Assembly: GCA_965214705.1 (NCBI GenBank)
Contig: OZ243972.1
Span: forward strand, 3,200,001-3,264,000
Direction of reading: 5' to 3'
Origin: Alphaproteobacteria bacterium
GTDB taxonomy: Bacteria > Pseudomonadota > Alphaproteobacteria > UBA828
DNA: 64,000 bases
A program made the position numbers and the translations under genes. Each line of letters starts with the position of its first letter. Position 1 is the stretch's first letter. The notes under the pieces were generated by a model. It saw only the letters and a program-made list of their open reading frames with translations. It was not told where the DNA came from and did no database searches. Shown piece after piece: positions 26,875-37,492 of the stretch.

Positions 26875-28164
26875 ATGACAGACGGTTCAACCGGCAACGG
26901 CGCCCAAGGCCCGCGCGTTGTCGTCGTCGGCGGGTCGATGGGCGGCTTGCTCGCCGGCAGCATGCTCTACCGCGCCGGCTGCGACGTGACGGTGCACGAG
27001 CGCATCGGCACCGAGCTCGCCGAGCGGGGCGTCGGCATCGCGACCCACCCGGAGCTTCACGCCGCGCTCGAGAGTCTGGGGCTTTCCATCGACGGGGCGT
27101 ATGGCGCGCGGCTCGAGGAGCGCATCACCCTCGGCACCGACGGCAGCATCCTCGCGCGCTATCACTGTCCTCAAATCCAGGCATCCTGGGGGCACCTCTA
27201 CGGCCTGCTGCGCAGCAACTTTCCCGATGAGCGCTACATCGCCGGCGCCAACTTCACAGGCTTCGAGCCCCACGGCGACAGCGTGCGTGCGCACTTCGAG
27301 GACGGCACGATTATCGAGGCCGATCTCCTGATCGGCGCCGACGGCGTGCGCTCCACCGTTCGTCCCCAGCTTTGGCCGGATGCGGTGCCCAAGTACGCAG
27401 GCTATGTGGCCTGGCGCGGCATCGTCGATGAGGACCAGCTCTCGGCGGAGTGGCGCGACATGCTGATGGCGCACTTCATCGTTTACCTGCCGCCAGGCGA
27501 GCACGTGGTCGCCTACCCGGTGGCGGGCGCGAACGGCGACCTGAGCCCCGGCAAGCGCCGCTTCAACATCGTCTGGTACACGCTGACCACGGCCGAGAAG
27601 CTGCGGCAGATGCAGACCGACGCCACCGGCCACCATCATGAGGCGGGGATCGCGCCGCACCTCATCCTCCCGTCGTTCATCGATGAGGTCCATCAAGCGG
27701 CGGCCGAGCGCCTGCCGCCCTGCCTCGCCGAGCCGATGACGCTCGCGCAAGGGCTCTTCTTCCAGACAATCGTGGATCTGGAGGTGCCCCGGATGGTGCA
27801 GGGGCGCGTGGCGATGCTGGGCGATTCGGCGTTCTCTGCCAGGCCCCATACCGGCATGGGCGTGGTCAAGGCGACCGGCGATGCGAACTCCCTCGCCCGG
27901 GCCATCGAGGGCCATCCCGGCGATCTCGCGGGCGCGCTCTCGGCCTACGACGAGGAGCGGACCCTCTACGGCCGCTCCCTGGTCCGCTTCGGCCGCCGCC
28001 TGGGCACGCATATCGAGACCCCGGAGCGGAGCGCCGAGGACTGCGCCTTCGGCGACTATCTGCGCGAGCCTTTGACGGTGATCCAGGCCATCTCGATCCC
28101 GCCGCCCTGCTCGCCGCTCGCGGCGTTCAGAGAGGACCCGGAGATCGTCTGCGAACGCCGTTAG
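26875..28164 (+). CDS. FAD-dependent monooxygenase, 2,6-dihydroxypyridine 3-hydroxylase-like
   Basis: VVGGSMGGL, GADGVRS, YAGYVAWRG, GDSAFSARPHTGMG. Confidence 0.82.
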   Translation: MTDGSTGNGAQGPRVVVVGGSMGGLLAGSMLYRAGCDVTVHERIGTELAERGVGIATHPELHAALESLGLSIDGAYGARLEERITLGTDGSILARYHCPQIQASWGHLYGLLRSNFPDERYIAGANFTGFEPHGDSVRAHFEDGTIIEADLLIGADGVRSTVRPQLWPDAVPKYAGYVAWRGIVDEDQLSAEWRDMLMAHFIVYLPPGEHVVAYPVAGANGDLSPGKRRFNIVWYTLTTAEKLRQMQTDATGHHHEAGIAPHLILPSFIDEVHQAAAERLPPCLAEPMTLAQGLFFQTIVDLEVPRMVQGRVAMLGDSAFSARPHTGMGVVKATGDANSLARAIEGHPGDLAGALSAYDEERTLYGRSLVRFGRRLGTHIETPERSAEDCAFGDYLREPLTVIQAISIPPPCSPLAAFREDPEIVCERR

Positions 28165-28317
28165 GGTGCGTCCGTCTTTGACGAACGCGGTGGGCCACGG
28201 CCCTGGTGAGAAATGCCGGCCAACCCCGGATAACCCTTCGCGTCTGGCTCGGCATTCGCCTATATAGTCGCCGCAGCGGCGGCCGAGGCCCCGCAGGGAA
28301 AACCTAGGGAGATCGAC

Positions 28318-29985
28318 ATGACGAATTCGACGGGTAACCGCTGGTCATTGGACCGGCGCACCTTCCTCAAGGGCACGACGGCGGCCGCGGCAGCGGCGAC
28401 GGTGCCGGGAGCGCTCGCAACCCGCGACGCCATGGCGCAAGACCGGGCGTCGACGCTGGTGCTCGCTTCGCCGGCGACGCCGCAGAGCCTCGACAGCGAA
28501 TACGACGTGAGCCTCGGGACCTTCGAGACGGTTGCCGCCTGCTACGATTCGCTCGTCGAATACGTGAAGATCCCGGATCCTGGTGTGCCGACGGCTCTTC
28601 GCGAGGACATCCAGGACTATCCGGATCTCCCCGGCCGCGTGAACATGAAGGGCAAGCTCGCCGAAAGCTGGGAGATCGACCCCAACAGCCAGTGGATCCG
28701 CTTCAAGCTGCGCGAAGGCGTGATGAGCAACTGGGGCAACGAGCTCACGGCCGAGGACGTGGTCTGGACCTGGCACCGCAAGCTGGGGCTCGGCGCCATC
28801 GGCGGCTTCTTCACCAACACCATCAGCCTCAGGCGGGAGGAGCAGATCAAGGCCGAGGGCAAGTACGTCTGCTCGATCAACCTCGACCATCCGAACCCGC
28901 TGCTGCTGAAGCTGCAGCCGAACCTCTACAGCCCGATCTACGATTCCACCAAGTGCAAGGAGGTCGGCGGCGCGGACGACCCCTGGGCCACGGAGTTCCT
29001 GAAGAACGAGACGGCAGGCTACGGCCCTTATCGCATCGAGCAGCTCACCCGCGGCGCTCAGGCGGTCTTCAAGGCGCGGGACGACTACTATGGCGGCAAG
29101 GCGCCGATGGAGACGGTGATCATGCGCGAGGTGCCGACCTCGGCCAACCGTGCCCAGCTGCTGCAGGGTGGCGCGGTGGACATCGCGCAGTACCTGCAGC
29201 CGCTCGAGCTGGTGCAGCTCGCCAAGGCGCCGGGCGTGACCGTGGAGACGATCCCCGCGACCTTCATGCTCTGGATCGAGCTCAACGCCAAGATTCCGCC
29301 CTTCGACAGCATCGACGTGCGCCGCGCGATGAACTTCGCGTTCCCGCAGGAGCAGGTGATCTCGACGGTGTTCCAGAACCTGGCGAGCCCGCTCACCGGC
29401 TGCATGCCCGACATCTATCCGGGCTTCAACGACAGCTACTGGGAATACGGCACCCAGGACCTCGACCACGCGCGTGAGCTGCTCAAGGGAGCCGGCTACG
29501 GCGACGGATTCGAGACCGTGCTCGGCTACAACGCCGCGGACGCGACGCAGGAGACCACGGCGATCCTCTTCCAAAGCGCGCTCAGGGAGATCGGCGTCAC
29601 CCTGCAGCTCAAGAAGATCCCGGCGGCGACGTTCTACAACAACGTCTCCGAGCGGAAGCAGCCGATGATCTTCTACTACGATTCGCCGTGGTGCCCGGAT
29701 CCCGGCTACTCGATGAACCTCTACTTCCACTCCAAGTCGTTCATCAACTACTCCAACTACGAGAACCTGCGGGTGGACGAGCTGATCGACGGCGCAGCGC
29801 AGACCGGCGACATGGACGCCCGGCTCGCGGCGATGGACGAGGTGCAGCAGATCGTGATGCGCGAGGCGCCCTGGGTGTTCGGCGTCTTCACCAACTACTC
29901 GATGGCGCGCCGCTCCGACATCCAGGGGTGGACCTACTACACGTCCAACAACATCCGCTTCCAGGACTTTCGCCGGGAGGCGTAG
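28318..29985 (+). CDS. Dpp/Opp-family ABC substrate-binding protein with Tat signal
   Basis: DRRTFLKG twin-arginine motif; LAESWE, GYGPY, VRRAMNFA. Confidence 0.9.
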   Translation: MTNSTGNRWSLDRRTFLKGTTAAAAAATVPGALATRDAMAQDRASTLVLASPATPQSLDSEYDVSLGTFETVAACYDSLVEYVKIPDPGVPTALREDIQDYPDLPGRVNMKGKLAESWEIDPNSQWIRFKLREGVMSNWGNELTAEDVVWTWHRKLGLGAIGGFFTNTISLRREEQIKAEGKYVCSINLDHPNPLLLKLQPNLYSPIYDSTKCKEVGGADDPWATEFLKNETAGYGPYRIEQLTRGAQAVFKARDDYYGGKAPMETVIMREVPTSANRAQLLQGGAVDIAQYLQPLELVQLAKAPGVTVETIPATFMLWIELNAKIPPFDSIDVRRAMNFAFPQEQVISTVFQNLASPLTGCMPDIYPGFNDSYWEYGTQDLDHARELLKGAGYGDGFETVLGYNAADATQETTAILFQSALREIGVTLQLKKIPAATFYNNVSERKQPMIFYYDSPWCPDPGYSMNLYFHSKSFINYSNYENLRVDELIDGAAQTGDMDARLAAMDEVQQIVMREAPWVFGVFTNYSMARRSDIQGWTYYTSNNIRFQDFRREA

Positions 29986-30091
29986 GGACGGCGTTCTGCG
30001 GGCCGCGTCGTTCTCCACGGCAGCGCGGCCCGCCCGCATCCCACATTTCTGATCGAAGCATTGATCACGCCACGGGCGTGAAGCGCGAGCG

Positions 30092-31042
30092 ATGACGGAC
30101 ATCACCGCCGGACATTCCGAGCGCAGCCGTTGGGAAGCCTTCGTCCATGCGCTCCGGTTCCTGCTGGCCGTGCTGCGGGCGCGGCCGCTGTTAGCGCTCG
30201 GCTACATCATTGTTCTCCTGGTTTTCGTTCTCGCCATCTTCGCGCCGCTGATTGCGCCCTACGAGCCCGAGGTTGCGAACCCGGTCGACTTCCTGCAGGG
30301 GCCGAGCTGGCGGCATCTCTTCGGCACCGATGCGACCGGCATGGATATCTTCAGCCGCATCGTTTACGCGCCGCGCATCGATCTCACGATCGCGCTCGCG
30401 GGCACGATGATCTCGGCCGTTGTGGGCTCCTTCATCGGCGCGGTGGTGGGCTACTACCAGGAAGGCGGCGGCTTCGGCTCCTTCGGCGCGGGCTTCGTCA
30501 TGCGCGCGGCGGACGTGCTGCAGGCCTTCCCCGTCTTCGTCTTCGCCATCGCGCTGGTCGCCATCTTCGGCCAGAGCCTGGAGAGCATCATCGCCGCCAT
30601 CGCCTTCGTGAACGCGCCGATCTACCTCCGCCTCATGCGGAGCCAGGTGCTCGCAATCCGCAACATGCGCTACGTCGAGGCGTCTTACGTCTCCGGCGCC
30701 TCCGACCTGATGATCATGCTGCGCCACATCATCCCGAATTCGATGGCGCCGATCCTGGCCCAGCTCTCGGTCAACATCGGCTGGTCGATCCTGCTGACGG
30801 CGGCGCTCAGCTTCGTCGGCGCCGGCGTGGTCGCGCCGACGCCCGAGTGGGGCAGCATGATCGCCATGGGTTTCCAGAACATCATCACCGGCCAATGGTG
30901 GCCGTCCGTCTTCCCCGGCATCGCGCTCGCGGTCACCGTGTTCGGGTTCGCGCTTGTCGGCGCGAGCGTCGAGGTGCTGGCGGACCCGGCGCGCAGGCGT
31001 GCGCTCGCCGGCACGCTGCGCGAGAGCAAGAGGCCGGCCTAG
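30092..31042 (+). CDS. DppC-like permease
   Basis: HLFGTD..GMDIFSR, RHIIPN, PEWGSM. Confidence 0.92.
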   Translation: MTDITAGHSERSRWEAFVHALRFLLAVLRARPLLALGYIIVLLVFVLAIFAPLIAPYEPEVANPVDFLQGPSWRHLFGTDATGMDIFSRIVYAPRIDLTIALAGTMISAVVGSFIGAVVGYYQEGGGFGSFGAGFVMRAADVLQAFPVFVFAIALVAIFGQSLESIIAAIAFVNAPIYLRLMRSQVLAIRNMRYVEASYVSGASDLMIMLRHIIPNSMAPILAQLSVNIGWSILLTAALSFVGAGVVAPTPEWGSMIAMGFQNIITGQWWPSVFPGIALAVTVFGFALVGASVEVLADPARRRALAGTLRESKRPA

Positions 31043-31051
31043 GGGCGAGCG

Positions 31052-32062
31052 ATGCGCATCCTCCGCTACATCGGCCGCCGCTTCCTCTTCATCGGTCCGC
31101 AGCTCTTCGGGATCATCCTGGTGAGCTTCCTGCTGGTAAAGCTGATCCCCGGCGATCCGGCGGTGATGATGCTGGGCCCGTTCGCGACCGAGCAGCAGAT
31201 TGCCATGCTCAACGCGGAGATGGGGCTCGAAGGCACGATCATCGACCAGTTCTGGATTTACCTGCAGAACTTGGTGCAGGGCGACCTCGGCACCTCTTGG
31301 CAGACCACGAAGCCCGTCTTCGACGATCTCGCCATCCGCTTCCCGGCGACGCTGGAGCTGATCACGCTCTCGCTCCTGCTCGCGCTGCTGATCGGCATCC
31401 CGCTCGGCGTCGCCGCCGCCTACTTCAAGCGCTCGATCGTCAAGAAGTTCTCCGACTACTACGGCCTGCTCGCCGGCTCGCTGCCGGACTTCTGGCTGGG
31501 GCTGATCCTGATCTACCTGTTCTACACGATCATGCAGGTGGCGCCCGCGCCGCTCGGGCGCATCGACTTCGCGGTGCTGCCGCCGGCGCCGGTCACCAAC
31601 TTCCTGATCATCGACAGCCTGATCGCCGGCAACTGGCAGGCGCTCTGGTCGACGTTGGGCCACCTGGTGCTGCCGGTGGTCACGCTGGCCGTCATCAACG
31701 CCGGGCCGATCCTCAAGATGACCCAGGCGACCATGGAGCGGATGCTGGAATCCGACCTGATCCGCTACGCCGAAATGTGCGGGCTGCCGAAGCGGATCGT
31801 CATCCGCAAGGCGTTCCGCAACTCGCTGCCCTCGGTGGTCACCATCGTCAGCGTGCTCTACGGCTTCCTCATCGGCGGCGCGGTGCTGGTGGAGATCGTC
31901 TTCAGCTGGGGCGGTGCCGGACAGTATGCGGTGCAGGGCGTGCTCAACGCCGACATCAACCCGGTGCTGGGCTTCGTGCTCTTCTCGGCGATCCTCTCGC
32001 TCATCATCTACCTGCTAGTGGACCTGATCTATTTCGCCATCGACCCGCGCATTAGGGGCTGA
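31052..32062 (+). CDS. DppB-like permease
   Basis: PGDPA, GDLGTS, FPATLEL, LVEIVFSW, IDPR. Confidence 0.92.
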   Translation: MRILRYIGRRFLFIGPQLFGIILVSFLLVKLIPGDPAVMMLGPFATEQQIAMLNAEMGLEGTIIDQFWIYLQNLVQGDLGTSWQTTKPVFDDLAIRFPATLELITLSLLLALLIGIPLGVAAAYFKRSIVKKFSDYYGLLAGSLPDFWLGLILIYLFYTIMQVAPAPLGRIDFAVLPPAPVTNFLIIDSLIAGNWQALWSTLGHLVLPVVTLAVINAGPILKMTQATMERMLESDLIRYAEMCGLPKRIVIRKAFRNSLPSVVTIVSVLYGFLIGGAVLVEIVFSWGGAGQYAVQGVLNADINPVLGFVLFSAILSLIIYLLVDLIYFAIDPRIRG

Positions 32063-32064
32063 CG

Positions 32065-33114
32065 ATGGCCGCTACCGCAACAGACACGATGGCCCCGCAA
32101 ACGAACGCGCCTTCCGGCAAGATTCCCGGTGACGCGCCTTCCGGCGCGATGCTCGACATCGCCGGGCTCAACGTCTCGTATCCGGTCTACGAGGAGGAGC
32201 CGGTGCGCGCGGTGCGGGACCTCGACCTGAGCGTGCGGAGCGGCGAGATCGTCGGACTGGTGGGCGAGTCCGGCTCGGGCAAGACGACTTTGGCCCGCGC
32301 GGTGATGGGGCTACTCACCCAACCTGGGCGCATCGACAGCGGCTCGATCCAGTTCGACGGCAAGGACATGCGGGCGCTCTCGCAGGACCAGTTGCGCGCC
32401 ATACGCGGCAGGGACATCGCCATGGTGATCCCGAACCCGCGGAGCGAGCTCGACCCGCTGATCCCGGTCGGCAAGCAGATCGCCGCCGTCGCCCGCGCCC
32501 ACCTCGACATCGGTCGAGCCGAGGCTGACGAGATGGCGCTCGACATGTTGAAGGCGGTGCACATCCCCGATCCGACGCGGCGCTTCCGCGCCTTCCCTCA
32601 CGAGCTCAGCGGCGGCATGGCGCAGCGCGTGGTGATGGCAATCTCGCTGGTCTGCTCGCCCAAGTTCGTGATCTCGGACGATGCCACCAGCGGACTCGAC
32701 GTGACGGTGCAGGCGCAGGTGCTCGACCTGTTGCGGACACTCGTGCGCGAGCACGATACGTCCATGCTCTTCATTACTCGCGACATCGGCATCACCGCGC
32801 ACTTCTGCGACCATGTTGCCGTGATCTACCGCGGCGAAATCGTCGAGTTCGCGGAGACTGCGAGCTTCTTCGACAATCCGCAGCATCCCTACAGCGTGAT
32901 GCTGCTCGCCGCCTTCGCCCACAATCCCGCGCTCCGCAACAAGTGGCACAAGCCGCTCGCGTCGACCGAGGCGCAGGCCGGGCGAGCCTGCCAGTACGCG
33001 CCCCGATGCGTCCACCGCGAGGACGAGTGCGACGAACGCCATCCCGACCTACGCGAACTTGGCGGCGCCCGCCACCTCGTTCGCTGCCACTTCCCGGTGG
33101 AGCGGGTGTCATGA
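32065..33114 (+). CDS. DppD-like ATP-binding protein with degenerate catalytic motifs
   Basis: GESGSGKT and LSGGMAQR are intact; Walker B reads ISDDAT and the switch reads ITRD. Confidence 0.88.
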   Translation: MAATATDTMAPQTNAPSGKIPGDAPSGAMLDIAGLNVSYPVYEEEPVRAVRDLDLSVRSGEIVGLVGESGSGKTTLARAVMGLLTQPGRIDSGSIQFDGKDMRALSQDQLRAIRGRDIAMVIPNPRSELDPLIPVGKQIAAVARAHLDIGRAEADEMALDMLKAVHIPDPTRRFRAFPHELSGGMAQRVVMAISLVCSPKFVISDDATSGLDVTVQAQVLDLLRTLVREHDTSMLFITRDIGITAHFCDHVAVIYRGEIVEFAETASFFDNPQHPYSVMLLAAFAHNPALRNKWHKPLASTEAQAGRACQYAPRCVHREDECDERHPDLRELGGARHLVRCHFPVERVS

Positions 33115-34145
33115 GCGCCGTCCTCACCGTGGACGGGCTGGTGAAGCACTTCCCCATCGCGGGCTCGCGCTCGGTGGTGCAGGCGGTGAACGGGGTCAGC
33201 TTCTCCGTCGCCAAGGGCGAGACGCTCTCGCTGGTGGGCGAGTCCGGCTCCGGCAAAACCACCGTCGGCCGCTGCGTCCTCGGCCTCATCAAGTCGACGG
33301 ATGGCAGCATCGGCTTCCACGGCAAGCCCATCGACCGGCGGCGCAACATCCGCACGCGCGAGCTGCGCGGCAAGCTGCAGTTGGTCTTCCAGGAGCCCGC
33401 CGAATCCCTCGATCCGCAGGTGCGGATCGGCAACACCATCGCCGAGCCGCTGCGCTCCATGGGAGTCTCACGCCCTGACCAGCGCCGGCGCGTGCGCGAG
33501 GTAGCGCGGCGGGTGGGCTTGCGCGATTCGACACTAGAGCAGTTCCCGGCGGAGCTCAGCGCCGGCCAGCAGCAGCGCGTCGGCATCGCACGCGCCATCG
33601 TCACCGACCCCGAGCTGATCGTGCTGGACGAGCCCACCTCGGCCCTCGACCCCACGGCGCGGGCGGAGATCATCGACCTCCTGATTCGCCTCCAACAGGA
33701 GTTGGAGACCGCCTACCTCTTCATCAGCCACGACCTCAGCACGGTGCGCTATTTGAGCCACCGCGTCGCGGTGATGTATCTCGGAATGATCGTGGAGCTG
33801 GGTACCGCCAAGGAGCTCTTCAGCCACCCGCGCCACCCCTACAGTGTCGGCCTGCTCTCCTCCGTCCTGCTACCCAACCCGAACCTCAAGCGGGACAGTG
33901 CAGTCGATCTCGCGGGCGAGATCCCGAGCCCCATCGACCTGCCGACCGGATGCTACCTCGCCGGGCGCTGCCCCTTTGCCGACGATCAGTGCCGCAGCGA
34001 GATGCCGCCGGAAGACACGGTGGCGGAGGGGCACACCGTGAACTGCTTCAAGCATCGCGACGCACTCCGCGGCCACGAGGCGCTGGACTACTTCGACGAC
34101 TTCCAGGTAGAGGCGGAAAAGCTGCTCGGCGCCGGTCGCCGCTGA
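33111..34145 (+). CDS. DppF-like ATP-binding protein
   Basis: GESGSGKT, FQEP, LSAGQQQR, LDEPTSALD, ISHD, C-terminal 4-Cys motif. Confidence 0.9.
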   Translation: MSAVLTVDGLVKHFPIAGSRSVVQAVNGVSFSVAKGETLSLVGESGSGKTTVGRCVLGLIKSTDGSIGFHGKPIDRRRNIRTRELRGKLQLVFQEPAESLDPQVRIGNTIAEPLRSMGVSRPDQRRRVREVARRVGLRDSTLEQFPAELSAGQQQRVGIARAIVTDPELIVLDEPTSALDPTARAEIIDLLIRLQQELETAYLFISHDLSTVRYLSHRVAVMYLGMIVELGTAKELFSHPRHPYSVGLLSSVLLPNPNLKRDSAVDLAGEIPSPIDLPTGCYLAGRCPFADDQCRSEMPPEDTVAEGHTVNCFKHRDALRGHEALDYFDDFQVEAEKLLGAGRR

Positions 34146-34194
34146 AGCGTTTCCGTCAATAACGGACACGCTCCAAGGGCTTCCGAACCTTTGC

Positions 34195-35643
34195 TCAGCC
34201 GGCCGGCCGCTCGACGCTGCGGAAGGGGTGGCGGGCGCGGAGCGTGTTCACCGCGTCGAAGATGGCCGGGAAGGTCGGCCGCTCGACGTAGGCGCCGTCG
34301 CCCTGGTCGGCGCGGATTTCCGAGCCGTCCCAAACGTGCCGGCCTCGGCTCACGGTGGCGCGCGCGACGCCGGTCACGGTCATCCCCTCGTAGATGTTGA
34401 AGTCGTTGTTCTGCAGGTGGGTCTTGGCCGAGATCGTGCGCGTGGCCTTCGGGTCCCAGACCACGATGTCTGCGTCCGCGCCCACCTTGATCGCCCCCTT
34501 GCGCGGATAGATGTTGAAGATCTTTGCGGCGTTGGTGGACGTGATCGCGACGTACTCGTTGGCCGTGATCCGGCCGGTCTCGACGCCCTGGTCCCAGAGC
34601 ACGGACATGCGGTCCTCGATGCCGCTGGTGCCGTTCGGGATCCTGGAGAAGTCGTCCTTGCCCATCTCTTTCTGCCAGTTGCAGTAGGCGCAGTGATCGG
34701 TCCCCGTGGTCTGCAGGTTGCCCGATTGCAGGCCGCGCCAGAGGTCTTCCTGATGGTCCTTGGGCCGGAACGGCGGGCTCATCACGAAGCCGCGGGCGAC
34801 CTCCGGGTCGGGGTCGTAGTAGACGCTCTCGTCGATCACCAGGTGCTGCGCCAGGCACTCGCCATAGACCCGCTGCCCCTCCAGGCGCGCGCGCGTGATC
34901 GCCTCCAGCGACTCCCGACAGGTCACGTGGACGATGTAGATCGGTGCCTTGAGCAGCTGGGCGATACGGATCGCGCGGTTGGTCGCCTCGCCTTCGACCT
35001 CCGGCGGGCGCGACTGCGGGTGGCCCTCCGGCCCGGTGATGCCGGCCTTGAGCAGCTCCTGCTGCATCATCCAGACCAGGTGGCCGTCCTCGCAATGGAC
35101 GGTGCAGAGCGCGCCGAGGTCCCGCGCCCGCGCGAAGCTGTTCATCATCTTCTCGGCGTCGAGCATGACCTCGCCCTTGTAGGCCATGAAGTGCTTGAAG
35201 CTGTTGACGCCGTGATCGCGGGTCAGCGTCTCCATGTCCTCGTGAATTTCGTCGTTCCAGTTGGTGATGGCGACGTGGAAGGAGTAGTCCGAGGGCGCCT
35301 TCGCCGCGCGCTGCTGCCAGATGCGGTAGGCATCCATCGGCCGCTGGTCCGGCGCCGGAATCACGAAGTCGATGATCATGGTGGTCCCGCCGGAGAGGCC
35401 GGCGGCGGGGCCGGTGTAGAAGTCGTCGCCGGTCACGGTATCCATGAACGGCGTTTCCATATGGGTGTGGGGGTCGATGCCTCCCGGCATGACCAGCGCG
35501 TCTGCGGCATCCACCGTCGCCGTGCCCGCCGGCACGTCGAGCCCGGTCCCGATCTCCTGGATCTTGCCGTCCGCGCAATAGACATCGGCGACGTAGCGCT
35601 CGTCTGCGGTCACCACCGTGCCGCCCCTGATCAACGTCGACAT
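34195..35643 (-). CDS. hydA: dihydropyrimidinase (cyclic amidohydrolase)
   Basis: GGIDPHTHM, NSFKHFMAYKG, VMSPPFR, TDHC, IPNG. Confidence 0.92.
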   Translation of the reverse strand: MSTLIRGGTVVTADERYVADVYCADGKIQEIGTGLDVPAGTATVDAADALVMPGGIDPHTHMETPFMDTVTGDDFYTGPAAGLSGGTTMIIDFVIPAPDQRPMDAYRIWQQRAAKAPSDYSFHVAITNWNDEIHEDMETLTRDHGVNSFKHFMAYKGEVMLDAEKMMNSFARARDLGALCTVHCEDGHLVWMMQQELLKAGITGPEGHPQSRPPEVEGEATNRAIRIAQLLKAPIYIVHVTCRESLEAITRARLEGQRVYGECLAQHLVIDESVYYDPDPEVARGFVMSPPFRPKDHQEDLWRGLQSGNLQTTGTDHCAYCNWQKEMGKDDFSRIPNGTSGIEDRMSVLWDQGVETGRITANEYVAITSTNAAKIFNIYPRKGAIKVGADADIVVWDPKATRTISAKTHLQNNDFNIYEGMTVTGVARATVSRGRHVWDGSEIRADQGDGAYVERPTFPAIFDAVNTLRARHPFRSVERPAG

Positions 35644-35792
35644 GGCTGCCTCCCTTCCCGGCGCGGCCGATGCCGGCGTCACGGCGCAACCCTGGTTGGC
35701 CGAGCCGGACCGTTGCCGCGCGATATCCGCTGCCCCACACTACCCTATCTGCGGCACACAGTTGCGATTTTCGCCGAACCGGAGGGCCGAGG

Positions 35793-36245
35793 ATGGAGAA
35801 GAGCTGCGAGCGGGAGGTGCGGGAGTTTCATGCCTTCCTGCGGGACTGGCTGGCCGGCGCCGTGCCGCGCACGGCCGAAACGTTCGCCCGGTTCTCCGGC
35901 GTGATGGGCGAGGGGCTCGAGGTCATCGGACCGCGCGGTGGGGTGACCGGGCGGGAGGCGCTGGTAAGCGAGTTCGAGGGGCTGCACGGCGAACTCGCAG
36001 GCGATGCGGACGCCTTCGAGATCTGGATCGAGAGTTTCCGCTGCCGCTGGGCCGCGGGCGATCATGCGCTGGTGACCTACGAGGAATGGCACCGGCGGCA
36101 AGGCGCGGAATCGGCGCGCCTCTCGACAGCGCTCTTCCGCCGCGCGGAGGCGACGCCCTGCGGCGTGGCTTGGCTGCACGTTCACGAGACCTGGCTGCCG
36201 GGCCGCGCGCCCGGAGGCGGCGAGCGCTTCCCGGAAACCGACTGA
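35793..36245 (+). CDS. DUF4440/NTF2-like protein
   Basis: EVREFHAFLRDWLAG, LVTYEEW, R.STA, WLHVHETW. Confidence 0.7.
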   Translation: MEKSCEREVREFHAFLRDWLAGAVPRTAETFARFSGVMGEGLEVIGPRGGVTGREALVSEFEGLHGELAGDADAFEIWIESFRCRWAAGDHALVTYEEWHRRQGAESARLSTALFRRAEATPCGVAWLHVHETWLPGRAPGGGERFPETD

Positions 36246-36271
36246 GCAGGCCGGAGCGACCGCGGCGCGCC

Positions 36272-37402
36272 ATGAATACACCGACGTCCATCGAGTCTTC
36301 GACCCCCGCGCCACCGCCCCCGGCCATGCCGCTCGACGCGGTCCACACCCGCGAGCGCCAGTTCACCCGCATCTTCACGACGATGTACGGCCAGAAGCAC
36401 CGCGCCCGAACCCGACTGCCGGTCAAGACGCAAGCGGTGCGGATGCACGAGGCCGGCGGCCCGGAAGTGCTGCGCGTCGAGGATCTCTGGATGCCGGACC
36501 CCGGCGCCACCGAGGTGCGCATCGCGCAGAAGGCGGTCGGCCTTAACTTCCTCGACACCTATCAGCGGCGCGGCACCTTCTCCTCGCCGGGGCTGCCCTG
36601 GGTCATCGGCTTCGAAGGCGCGGGCGTCGTCGAAGCCGTCGGCGGCGCGGTGACGACGCTCAGGGAGGGCGACCGCGTCGCCTACGCGAGCGCGCCGCCC
36701 GGCGCCTACGCAGGGCTTCGCACCATCGCGGCCGACGCGCTGGTCAAACTGCCCGACGCCATCGGCTTCGAACAGGCCGCCGCCGCCATGCTCAAGGGCA
36801 TGACGGCGGAGTACCTGGTCAACAAGAGCGGCGTGGTGCAGCCGGGCGATGCCGTGCTGGTCCATGCGGCGGCGGGCGGCACCGGCCTGCTGCTCTGCCA
36901 ATGGCTCGCGCATGCGGGTGCTGCCGTCATCGGCTGCGCCGGTGGCGACGAGAAGCGCGGGCTCGCCGAGGCGCACGGCTGCCGCCACGCGATCGACTAC
37001 CGGCGGGAGGACGTTGCCGCCCGCGTCGCCGAACTCACCGGCGGCGAGGGGCTCGCCGTGGTCTACGATTCCGTTGGCCGGGACACGACCGAAGCCTCCG
37101 TCGCCTGCCTGCGCGAGGGCGGCACGCTGGTGCTCTACGGCAGTTCGTCGGGCGCGCCAATGCAAAGCACCCTTGCCACCGCGGCGGCGAAGTCCTTGCA
37201 TGTCGTGCGCCCCGGTCTCTTCCAGGAGAACGACACGCCGGCGGCGCTCCAGGCGCGCGCCAGGGCGCTTTTCGAGGTGCTGGAGAGCGGCGCGGTCGCT
37301 CCCCGGATCGACCGGCGCTACGCGCTGGCCGATGCGGCAGACGCCCATCGCGACCTCGAAGCACGGCGCACCACCGGCCAGAGCGTGCTGATCCCCGCGT
37401 AG
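36272..37402 (+). CDS. NADPH:quinone oxidoreductase (MDR/Qor family)
   Basis: GGPEVL, GLNFLDTY, LKGMTA, HAAAGGTG, VYDSVG; start uncertain. Confidence 0.88.
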   Translation: MNTPTSIESSTPAPPPPAMPLDAVHTRERQFTRIFTTMYGQKHRARTRLPVKTQAVRMHEAGGPEVLRVEDLWMPDPGATEVRIAQKAVGLNFLDTYQRRGTFSSPGLPWVIGFEGAGVVEAVGGAVTTLREGDRVAYASAPPGAYAGLRTIAADALVKLPDAIGFEQAAAAMLKGMTAEYLVNKSGVVQPGDAVLVHAAAGGTGLLLCQWLAHAGAAVIGCAGGDEKRGLAEAHGCRHAIDYRREDVAARVAELTGGEGLAVVYDSVGRDTTEASVACLREGGTLVLYGSSSGAPMQSTLATAAAKSLHVVRPGLFQENDTPAALQARARALFEVLESGAVAPRIDRRYALADAADAHRDLEARRTTGQSVLIPA

Positions 37403-37492
37403 CTCCCGGTGCTTCCGGCGCGTTGAGAGTGCCGGGGATATGCACTATCACGGGGCCGCACTCACACCACCCTGCGGGCACGGGAGTCTTTC

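Noticed and set aside
32101-32147. Short direct repeat ACGCGCCTTCCGGC at the start of the DppD-like gene
   Set aside because: Two copies in a low-complexity N-terminal extension; no functional signal.
36272-36440. N-terminal extension on the quinone oxidoreductase
   Set aside because: The start codon is uncertain and may simply lie further downstream.
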